A stretch of 64,000 nucleotides of DNA from Lama glama (lineage: Eukaryota). Position 1 is the stretch's first letter. Each line of letters starts with the position of its first letter. The notes under the pieces are model-generated. The model was not told the DNA's origin. It saw nothing but the letters and a program-made list of their open reading frames with translations, and did no database searches. The position numbers and the translations under genes were made by a program. Below are positions 1-11,680 of the stretch, in pieces. Location of the stretch: positions 23,996,001-24,060,000 of the forward strand of contig CM052816.1 in NCBI GenBank assembly GCA_028534125.1, in the 5' to 3' direction.

Positions 1-805
1 ATAGTGGTAGTATGTTCAGCCGTTCCACAGAGTGTTTTTCACTAGATTTCGATGTTTTAGTATCTTCTATTACAGATACTTGACTATCATCAGCAAAATC
101 TACAATTTGCTGGTGTAGAAAATGTTAGTTGTTAAAATAACAACCCTTTGGAATGACTTTATTTCATCATTTGGCATGTGTTCAGAGGTCTGGGCCTTCC
201 TTACCAATTTAAGGACCCAGACTCTAGGACTGTGTTCAAGAAAAGATCTAGCTAACCTGGTTTAGTGGAGGAAAAGCCAGAGTAAGCATAAAGATCTACA
301 TTCAATGCAAGGACACGTGTCTATATGTAAAGTTTGTGTGCAGGAACTTGAGGGTGGGGATTCAGATAGGAATCACGTTTTAAAGTTAATTCTCCATGTA
401 ACTTTATGGGGTTATTTTTAAGAAGAAGCTACCTGGGGTCCGAATTTTAACTTGCAGCTCTCAAACCCTACATATGTTGACTATGCCGTGGTGTTTCCAA
501 AGCTAAGGAATTTTTAAAAGAAGGGAAAAAGCACAAAGGAAAAATTACAAAATAAACTACTATGATAAAGTACTTAGATCCATACAAACTTCAGACTAAA
601 ATTTTTATTCTTCTTTCCTCCTATCTTAAATTATTTCTTCATATGCTTAAAGCAAGTGTATTTTTTTAAAAAGTTAATTTTTTCCTCCTTAAACTACTAA
701 GTAATTATGTATGTTATGTAGATACATATTTGGTAATAGAAATTAATCCTAATTGCATTATCATAAAATGAATACCCCCAAAAATCTTAGTATAGGTATT
801 ACTTA

Positions 806-895
<90 letters not shown>

Positions 896-1174
896 TCATT
901 CCTAGACTTTATGAAAATTAGAAGCTACTGTGGTTCATAAAACTATAAGGAGACAAAAGGAAACCAAAATCAATTTTGATGTAATAAGAATATCTGTTCC
1001 CTAATTTAAAAAAATTAATCCTTTGTACTATCCACATAAAATTCAAACTTCAAGTAGATTTAATTTACACAGCTGGTTCCTCTCATAACCAACTACAGTT
1101 CCTGATACTTCTGTCTTAAGTAAAAAAAAATCATAGGGAAGATTAATGAAAAGGAAGCAGGAAAGAAAGAATAC

Positions 1175-1310
1175 CTTGGTCTTATAAAGTTCAAGCTCAT
1201 TATCTGTTATTCGCCATGGTTCGTCTTCTTTCATTTTATCTGCAACATCTTGTTCTTTATCATCTTCATGAAGTCTGTATGGCTCAATCATTTCATCAAA
1301 AGCTATAATA
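1175..1310 (-). CDS. SLC12A2: NKCC1 exon 25 (136 nt)
   Basis: tgtaag|TATTAT...ACCAAG|gtattc; [46 protein letters not shown]. Confidence 0.97.
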
Positions 1311-2556
1311 CTTACAGAGAATACTGACAATTAACTTTATTTTAAATTACTTAACAATAAGATCTTAAACATTAAATTATAACTTGAAAAGTTAGTGTTT
1401 TCCAGCTATTCTGCTCCCTTCTGTATCCTTAGATAATCACTGTGGGAATTTATTTAGAAAACAGCAATCACTAGTTTCTAAAACTGATTAGAAATTTAGA
1501 ATCATACTCCTAATAACAGAATTGCAATTTTAACTGCTAATGCAGATCTCCTTTTATCTACCCCTGCTCCCACACCCACCACCCTCAATCTAAATAAATT
1601 TCACCCTGTAGCCAAAATAACCCTCTTGAGTAGTTAAGTAAAAGTGTGTTACTCCTTTACTCAAAACACTTAAAAGCTCTCCCAGTTCAAGTTCCAGTGA
1701 ATATAAGTAGTTAAGAAAAGATTAGAATTTTGTGAAGGGAGGAAAGGGCAGATATTAAACATTTAAGAAGATGCAGAATTAATCTCTAGATCTAAAGATA
1801 CTTAACAAGACAGAAGATAGTACAAGAACATGAATAGCACTCTAATCCTCTATGAATGTGAAAAACCTATTTTTCAGTATCAAGTCTCATACAAAGCTCC
1901 TGAAATATATAATTTTATAAGAGGAAAGAAGTCCTCTCCCTGACTGGAACTTACAACGAATATCTTACTGTTTTCTATTTAAAATGAATTTTTCATATCA
2001 GCTTCATCATGTAGTCAACATATATCTGAGAGTAATTAAAATTATATACAGTAATATAAATATATAATAACAATCTTTGTATACCATTTTCAGGTAAACT
2101 AGTCCACAAGTCTACTTTTCTTTGACTTGAGAATTCTGAATGCAATTATTATAGACAAATTCTTAAATTTTTCCTATTTTAGTAAGAAGATAAAATAGTG
2201 GAAAGTAATACATATGTGGAGTAGGGACTGAAAGGTCATAGTGAACAAGAGATGAACAATGGATATTTAAAGGACTGTGTGGAATTTCTGTGGCATTAGT
2301 AATTTCCAGAAATTACTTGTCAGGCAGTAACTGAATTCTTCTCTAAATATTGAAAATGCTTTGGACTTACTTCTCTTCTACAGGCATGCCAATTATCTGC
2401 TAGATTAAAACAAAAGTTGACTTTACATGTAACTAACAGCAGGCAAAACTCCCAGGTAATTAGTTTAAGTTAAATAATCTGTTTTACTTGATTGTCTGAG
2501 TAGGTCACCCATAAAAGAATCAGAGATTTGTACAAAGTAATTTATTCAATAACTTA

Positions 2557-2709
<153 letters not shown>

Positions 2710-3487
2710 TTAGGGCTGAAACCATATATCTAAAAAGCATGATTTACAGGAAAAGTCTATCAAGTACTGAACAAAGTCCAAATGAATTAATTCATACTGT
2801 ACATTCACAAAATAGACATCTAAATTCTCTGAGTAGAAAACTTCTATTGTATTCTTTTAGTTTCTCTGAATCTCTCCTTAGCATCCAATAATGAATGGAC
2901 AAAACAAGAAATTAATAATAAAACTGAATAGCAACTACTTTAAGTTAATTTTAGACAAATTATATTGGTAAGTATACTGATTTTAGTAAAAACTTAGTCA
3001 AGTTATTTTAAAATTATTTTTGGATTATTCTTCTATCCATGAAGAATGCTTATCTCAAGAACCAAATATGACTTTTTGAGCAAACCTGAAGCTATTAACT
3101 GATGGCAGATTAAGTTCACAGTATTTTTTTTTCTTTTGAACTGGGCCAAGCACGGGAAAAGAACTCCAAGCCTCTGATTTTCCAGTGAATGAATACCTTT
3201 TTGGAGGCAGAGTTGGTAATGAATCTTTTGTTGGTAATAACAAAAAAGTTAAAACATACATATAGGAAAAGCAATTAACAAAATAGATTTTATTTTTAAT
3301 AAAATGAGTTTTCTAAATTAAGATGTTAGAAAACAAATGAGCTACAGGTTTAACTTTTAAATTATTACCAGTACTTCTTGCATAATTCACTGACATTTTC
3401 TGAATTGTCTAATTTTTATCCTACAAAATCTATATTGAAATAATGAAGTACTACTAGATAAATGTCCATTAATTTAAAATAGACTTA

Positions 3488-3637
<150 letters not shown>

Positions 3638-3779
3638 CTACTTCCCCAAGTAAGAAGTTTTAATTCAAGTTAGTTGCTAAAAACTTGTTTACTACAACTC
3701 AGTATGAACCAGTATTTTTCTTTCCGTCCCTCCTTAATAATTCAGTCAAAAAGTCATTTGGCACATCTGAACAAGAAAG

Positions 3780-4930
3780 GACCTGTAGAATCAGAGCCCA
3801 TGTGAAGAAGGCAGAGAAATGATACAGTGGCCTGGCAGGGTCAGGAGATTAGTCACATCGGGACTGAGGAAATGAGAATATTCACTGAAGCTAACAGGAG
3901 CCATGTTTCTCACTGAAATGAAAAACATAAAAAGTGAGAAACTGGACCAAACCCTGAAGTGCTGGACTGGAATTGGTTTCAATCTATATCTGTATATATA
4001 AACCAATGTATATATGTGTATTTCCTAGATCTGTCCACTGAGAGCGCCAGAGAGCAGTGACACCCTAGTAGCAACAAGCCTATCTAATACCATTACCCAC
4101 TAAAAGGAATCAAGGATCCTTGAATAAAGCTGACTCAAGGATTGCTGTAGGTAAAGTACAAAACTGAGCCTGGAAGATTTTTTATCAGAAAATTAAAAAA
4201 TGATTGGGACACAGCAAATGAAAGTCAGCCTAAATTAGAGGCTACTGCTGACCAAATCTGGGACAATCTGATCAAACACAAATAATGAGAATGAAAAATC
4301 ATATGCCACTAAATAGGAATCTGTACGTTCACACAGACAGAAAGAGAAAGCTCTTCTTTACAGTAAAACACCAACTAACAGACGAGGAAGAAATGATGGG
4401 ATTGATAAAATCATCATTTGGCAACCACAAACACATCTCAACAAAAACAACACTAAGAATAAATTCAGGCAGAAATATCATTGGATGCTAAAGATGGTGA
4501 CAAAAACCACAGTAACAATGGTATATATTTACATAGTCTCAAAATAACTCCCATCACTCAAATGCCTGCAATTATAAAGGTGAATAACATTAATTTTTTC
4601 AATATATAAACCTGGTGAAAACCAACTTACTCAATGGTCAAAGCTAACCTCACCAGTGGTGAGATAAATTAACAGTATGTGCCACTTGATAAGAGACAGA
4701 CAGAAGGGCACAGCATCACTTCTGTGATATTTCTACCCATAACACGTAACTTGAAACTAATTACGATGAATTATCAAACAGCACTCCAAATTGAGTGACA
4801 TTCTACAAAATGGTCTGTAATATTAAAAAAAAAATTAAGGTCATTAAGCTCAGGGAACGACTGAGCAACTTCCAAATTACAGGCCACTGAAGAGACCGAC
4901 AACTAAGTGTGATGCCTGATTCTAGAACTA
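3780..4930 (+). mobile_element. Old LINE-1 3' region (L1MC-like), approximate bounds
   Basis: cagcatcacttctgtgatatttct, aattaaggtcat, gactgagcaacttccaaattacag...acaactaagtgtgatg motifs. Confidence 0.55.
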
Positions 4931-5031
4931 ATACTGTTGCTTTTGAGAATGCTGGTCTAACGGGAATGGGGTTTATGGGTGAAGAATACACGCTATCTCC
5001 AAGTACTATTCCCACAACTTCAGAAAATTTA

Positions 5032-5241
<210 letters not shown>

Positions 5242-6606
5242 TTAGCTAAATTCCTATAATTCTCTAACTTTTATATATTAAAATGTTTATAATGTAGTTA
5301 GTTGTATACTTGGCATCCATCATAAGTTTTTAGTTGTTTATAATTTAAACATACTTAAAAATCATTAAAGATAAACGTGTCTCTACAATACCTGTTTAGT
5401 ATTGAGTATGTACTCATCCAAATTATCTTGCCTAATTTCTAATATTTGGAAACACTCTGAATTACAGAGAATCATAAAAACGACTCGAGAAAATTATAAG
5501 TGACTGCTAGATTCTGAGTTTTGAAAAGCTGTTTTATGCTGAGTAAATTAAGTTTAGGCTTGTTCCATGAACATATTTCTTTTGCAATCTGGTTTCTCAA
5601 TAATTTAAAGCTCGAAAAAAAATTAACACAAAATATTGTTATCTGTAATATAAAAGATAGAAGGAAGTGAAAGACATATCAATACAATCTTGCAATTATC
5701 ACAGTGAAACCTCTCAGCCTAAGAAAAATCTCCCTCATGTTACCTCCCCTCAATATGTGAGACTGAATTCTGAAGTCATATCATCACCACATCTTTCTTT
5801 GAACCACAGAAAGATGGTGGGAACTCCCAGGAAGGGCACCCATCTGCTGTAGGTTTAAAGAACGATTTATCAAGGGAGTTCCCATTTGTATCCCTAGGAA
5901 ATTAAAAAAAAAAATGGCACTGGCTCTATGAGTAAGCAAATGACTATAATGAAATCCCTACAACAAATTTTAAAAGCAGAAATCCACAGAAGGAAATCTG
6001 ATCACTTTTGTAGAATGTCCATCATTCACTTTTCATGCTGCCATGATGTACGCAAACATGATGAATGATTTTGCATGATGAAATATGGCTACCAAACCAC
6101 ACTGCTCCATAACTCTCACCTCTATCTCCTTCTCATAAAATTCATGTACGTTGACATGACTGTGTATCTCCCAAACGCAGCAGGACTGTGAGAAATATTG
6201 TAATTTTTGAAATGAGAAATATATTAGTATCAAAATTAAGGACTTGGCTGGGTACAACCGATGGTAAAGAATGCAAGTGACACTGTAAATAGACCTATTT
6301 CAGTGTCTCTATTTATCATCTAAACCATGCAGTTTAAATTAAAAAATTAATTTTCAGGATTTTAATATTTCAGAAATGCTATGGTGATTTAAAAGAATTT
6401 GTCTTTGATACATCACCTTTTCCTGTGATGATTTAATGCTTTAGTTGGACTAATGACAATTCTCCTAATCTGCCTTTAATAAATAACTGTAACATCACCT
6501 CACAATGGAATAAAAACTAAGATAAAGAAAGAAAATAATAAGACTGGAGTTAAAAAATCAGCAGTATGAGAAAAAGGATTAAAACAAAATGATGAAAAAT
6601 GCCTGC

Positions 6607-6654
6607 CTTTTTTCAACAGTGGTTGAGTTGGAGTCTTGCCATCCTCTTCCTCAT
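6607..6654 (-). CDS. SLC12A2: NKCC1 exon 21 (48 nt), alternatively spliced cassette (included in NKCC1a, skipped in NKCC1b)
   Basis: atctag|ATGAGG...AAAAAG|gcaggc (GC donor); DEEEDGKTPTQPLLKK with the dileucine motif; symmetric phase 1. Confidence 0.95.
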
Positions 6655-7384
6655 CTAGATTATGTTTAAAAAACACAAAATGTAAGTTAATTGCCTTTAT
6701 ATTAATAAAGTAATGAAAATATAAATAGAACACATTTATAAACAAAACATAGTATGAAGAAACAGTGTGAAAAATAATTAAGACTGAAGATATTTTCTAC
6801 ATTGAGTGTTCAGGATTTTAAAAGGTGTATTTTAGACTCCTCCAGCAGGGCTACTCAAAACCCATCCCTAAATTTTATTCCTGTAAAACCGGAATTTTTA
6901 CTTCAAAAATTTCAGAATTTTTAAACTTTCATATTTGAAAGCAGTTGAAAAGATGTTGAACTATGGATTACAGAGTAGAAACATGACATTAAAAAAACTG
7001 ATGTTGCAGATAATACTTAAATTTCATACAGGCCACTGCATCACTTTGCAAATGACTACAAGTAATTTTAGAAACATTTAATGAATATTTGGTATTTGTA
7101 AAAATTAATCACCACTTGGAATATTAAGGAATTTGATCAGACACGAGTTTTGGTTTATATAAAGTGCCAGGTTACACGGGAGTGATTTTTCATATACATA
7201 AATTTATATATGGATATGTATATAAGTATATGCATATATGTATACATATATTTGTCCATATATATTCACATATACATAAATATTTCCTGGGCTTAGCAGT
7301 TTCCCTAATTTCAATTTTTTTTTCCTTATCACAAGCTATACTACTTTTAAGGCACATAAAACTCCCAACTTGGACAGGAAAGAG

Positions 7385-7578
7385 TACACTGCAGTCAGCT
7401 CTTAAGCCCAGAATTCCAGGATTACCTCTAACCCTTTTTCTGGCCATGTGACCTTGAGCTAGTTAACTCCTCACTTTCCTCATTTGTTAAAATAGTGAAC
7501 AATACCTACCTCTTAAGGATGTTATATTGCAAGCATTAATGCACTCAGCTCAGTGCCTAGCACAAAATACATATTCAA
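7385..7578 (+). mobile_element. MIR SINE fragment
   Basis: Core tgtgaccttgagc.agttaac.cctca.tttcctcatttgt.aaaat...tacctacctc. Confidence 0.7.
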
Positions 7579-9381
7579 AGGGTATTGTTTTTGTCCCTTT
7601 GCACACTATATGAGTCAATAAGACGGATATACCAAGTATAATAACTATACCAGAATGTTTATAATTCTGAAGACTTAAATTGTATAAACTTTCTAAATTT
7701 TCTATGCTAATTTTGAAAATAACTGGCTAAATGGAAAATAAACATGTAACAAAGTGAATGCTAATTTTTATGCCTGTTATGGAACAAGAAACATTTCAGT
7801 TATCACATTTAATTTTATAGTATTAAATATTGTTGTTCTTAGAAAGCAGACATTTGATATTATCTTTCTTTAATGATAATAAAAACATTTATAAATATAA
7901 CTATGGACATTCTGCATTTATTTCAAAGAACTCACAAATGTCAAGGAAATCTTGACACTTAAAAATGATTTAAATTAAGTTAAAGGCATTTATATTTTTA
8001 TACTAAATGATGAGCAGAAATGTACTGACCCAGTTTCCTACTCTATAATTACTTCATAAGATTGTGACACACATTCATTAATGAGCTAATGTATGGCTGA
8101 CACCTACTACAATGTGCGAGGCACAGGCAGATGCTTGTTATTACTTCTTCCCTTGCCATTATAGCTTTACCTATTAATTCCTGACAGATTCCATAAAGAA
8201 AGTATCTGTTTTAGACATGAGAAAAGGACAACAACCAAAAGAAAAGTAATAGAAAAATGAAAGAATGTATACCATAAACTAAAAATGCAGGAACATAAGA
8301 GTTATCAGAACCAGTTTATAGAATTTTGAGGTAAAAGACAAAACAAATTACAATCAAGCCAGCAAAGAATTGAAATGGAAAGCGAGTATCAACTAAACTC
8401 TCAACTACCACTACTCTAAGCAAAAAGGTAAATAAAGAGGAAAGAAAAAGCAACATTAATGCTTCTAAATAATCTAGAAGAGATCAATTTCAGAGATAAG
8501 ATTTGTCTAAGGTTATCAATTTCAGAAAAAGAATGGTAATTATTTTACAGGAATCAAAAGTGTGATATGGTTTGATGATTTACAGTGCAGATTTTTCTTG
8601 TTGCTTGTCAGCTGGGAGTAGGACAGATGGAGATACTAAACTGAACAGAGGTAGGAGTGAGGGTGGGAGAGTAAGATTTGGAAGTCATCTCTCTTTCCTT
8701 CTTATAAACATGACATAGAGATTTGTGGATGAAATTATCCCAAAGTCTTACGAGATTAGGAAAACTTTCTAAAAAATTAAACCACATTAGCCACTAGGGA
8801 TATTTATGTCTATAATTATGACCCAAGAGTTCAGCAACCAAATACAAATAGCTAATTTTTTCAGAAGATTAAACTGAGGAATAAAATTGCGCTTGATATT
8901 TTATTACATTGTTTTACCTCAGCAACACCAGGTATAGTAGATATAAAAATAATCTGAGTATCTAAGCACATAAACAAAACTGCTAGTATTCAAATATCTT
9001 GATTTACCAAAAAATTATGCAAATTGATTTTATAAACCTCATACCTTTCAGAGTTATCATAAGCTATATGCACATTACTCCAAAATTACCATGTTTCTTT
9101 CCAAGTTCAGATTTAACCTATGCTTCAAACTAAAATTAAGCATAAATAAAAACATACAAGAGCATACTAGTATATAGTTAACTGCTATGGTTTCTGTTCG
9201 ATGATCTACTTTAATATCTTAAAAATAATTAATCACTTGTAGTCATTTCTGAGCAACTAGAAATGAACAGTACAAGTTTGAGAATTGGTTATTTTGTAAG
9301 ACATACCATATATAACAAAACCATTTCTTCCAAAATTAAAACATTACCATTAATAAAATTTCTTGTTTGAACAAATATTAC

Positions 9382-9507
9382 CTTTATGTGTAATCGATTT
9401 TTCACTAGATGGTTTGGAAGTATCTATATCTGATTTTTTACTATACTCCACACTTAGTACCACATCCTTGACACCAGGAGATTTCTCTTGTGACGACAAT
9501 AATTCTT
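9382..9507 (-). CDS. SLC12A2: NKCC1 exon 20 (126 nt)
   Basis: ctgcag|AAGAAT...ATAAAG|gtaata; [42 protein letters not shown]. Confidence 0.96.
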
Positions 9508-9884
9508 CTGCAGACATAAAAGTATTCAAAATGTTATCTAAATCTTATTTTAACCAAAGAGGGCATCATGGTGTAATATCAACTAGATGACAACTTCAAG
9601 CAAAGTTCATTATGAAATAATGTTAAGTTTAAAATGATTTCTTAAGTAAACAATGTGATAATCCATGCCGAAACTAGGAGACAAAGTCATTTCCTAAGCT
9701 CATGTTGAAAAAGCTATTTTTAAGGCACTTTCTTCATTTTCTGCTTCTTGGGAAGGAGTTAGTAAACGTTTAGCTTCTACCATTAAAACATATAAAGACA
9801 AACATGATATGAAATTGATCATCTATTCATAATCCTCATCACTGATACGTGTATAGTAAGAGAAATAACAACAGAAACTATGTA

Positions 9885-10085
9885 AGCCTACATGCCAGCA
9901 CTATGCTAAGAGCCTCACAGGCAGTATCTCTTATTTGATCTTCATACAATAGCCCTACGAAGTAAAGAGGAGGAAACTGAGGCTTGGAAGTCAGCAAATT
10001 TGCCCAGGCTACAAAACTACTAAGAGAAAAAGTTGGAATTTTTTAAGTGTATCTGACACCATAGCCTATGCTCTTTAGCCCTGTG
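9885..10085 (-). mobile_element. MIR SINE fragment
   Basis: gaggaaactgaggctt...aatttgcccagg.tacaaaacta core in reverse orientation. Confidence 0.7.
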
Positions 10086-10749
10086 CTAAACCAAATTCCT
10101 GTCTTCAAATCTTAATGATGAAAAACGAGGCTTTCAAAACAATTCTCATGATTATAAACACATGAAAATATTTTGTCAAACTTCCAATCACACTCAAATC
10201 TCAGCAAATTATAGAACTATATAATTTATTAGCCAAACTGTGATACTTTTGAGAGTAAAAGGGAATACTACTAATAGTTATGCAGAGTTAACAGGTACCC
10301 CTACACCTAAATTACTGTTAGAGCAAAAGAGAATGGAAATAGTATTTTGCAAGGCCTACTCCAGAGTAACAAAATGCATTTTCAGCAGGCCATACTTTTG
10401 TGTTACATGAATAAAGACTTCAAAGCATTCCTTTCAGAACTACACAATACCCTTAAAACGGTGGGGGGACTGGGAGGATTAAAACAGTTTAAATACATAA
10501 ACAGATGACAAAAGTTCATTATATGCCTCTCAGCTATTTAGGCTTAGCTAATTTTGATGATCTAGGTAATTAATTGATAAGGGTAAAATATTAGGTATGC
10601 AAACTTTCTTAAACTTATAGTTTTTTTTAAATTCCCAGGAAATCACTAGAGGGTATGGAATTTTCCAAAGTTTTTATAAAGTTGGCAAAAGTGATAAGTA
10701 CACTTTAATAGGTTTTAATTAAAAAAAATTTTAATGCTTAAAAAATTAC

Positions 10750-11143
10750 ATAGTTGGAGAAGAGATTAGTGGGTGTCTGGGGTTAGAGGACAGGGGAGGA
10801 GTATGATAAAAGTAGCACAAAGGAGATCTTGTGGTGATGGAACAGCTCTGCATCTTGATTGTGGTGCTGGTAACGTGAATCAACGTATGTGACAAACGGC
10901 ATAGAACTACACACACGTGCACACATGCACACAGGTACACACAAGTGTATGTAAAATTGGGGGATCTAAGTAAGATATGTAAATTGTCCCAGTGTCAATT
11001 TCTTGGTTTTGATAAAGAACTATAGATATACAAGATGTTACTGCTGGGGGAAAGTGGATGAAGGGTACACAAGATGCCTCTGTACTATTTCTTGCAACTT
11101 CTTGTGAATCTATAATTACTTCAAAATGAGAAAGTTAAAAAAA
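10750..11143 (+). mobile_element. LINE-1 3' UTR (L1MC/MD-like)
   Basis: ggtgatggaa...tcttgattgtggtg...gtgtcaatttcttggttttga...ctctgtactatttcttgcaacttcttgtgaatcta, then an A tail. Confidence 0.75.
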
Positions 11144-11539
11144 ATAATTTATAGTGTCTCTTCTGAATAAAGAGTAAAAGATATAACAAAGTTAAGTTTT
11201 TCTTTATTAATATGCCTCTATGTACAAAGCATGACTTTCATAAACATAAAAATGTTTAAAATTTTTCCTCTGATTATTTATCATGTAATTTTACAAATCT
11301 GGCCAAACTACAATCATAACTAATGTTTGTTTCTCTTAAACTTATGATTGAAGTGAATTTTATTCTATTAATAATTACTAGCCACCATTCAGGTTGGTAC
11401 AAAGAGAAAACACAAACTCTGGTAGAGCCAAACAGATCTGATCTTAAAGTGCCACACAATAAGTATATGACACAGAACAGATTACTGTAGAATTGGTAGA
11501 ATTATATATAATTTTCTAACAAAGTAATTTGTATTTTTA

Positions 11540-11680
<141 letters not shown>

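Noticed and set aside
7164..7451. Overlapping 95-aa and 85-aa ORFs
   Set aside because: They arise from low-complexity (TA/CA)-rich sequence plus a MIR; the H/I/Y-rich translation is compositional.
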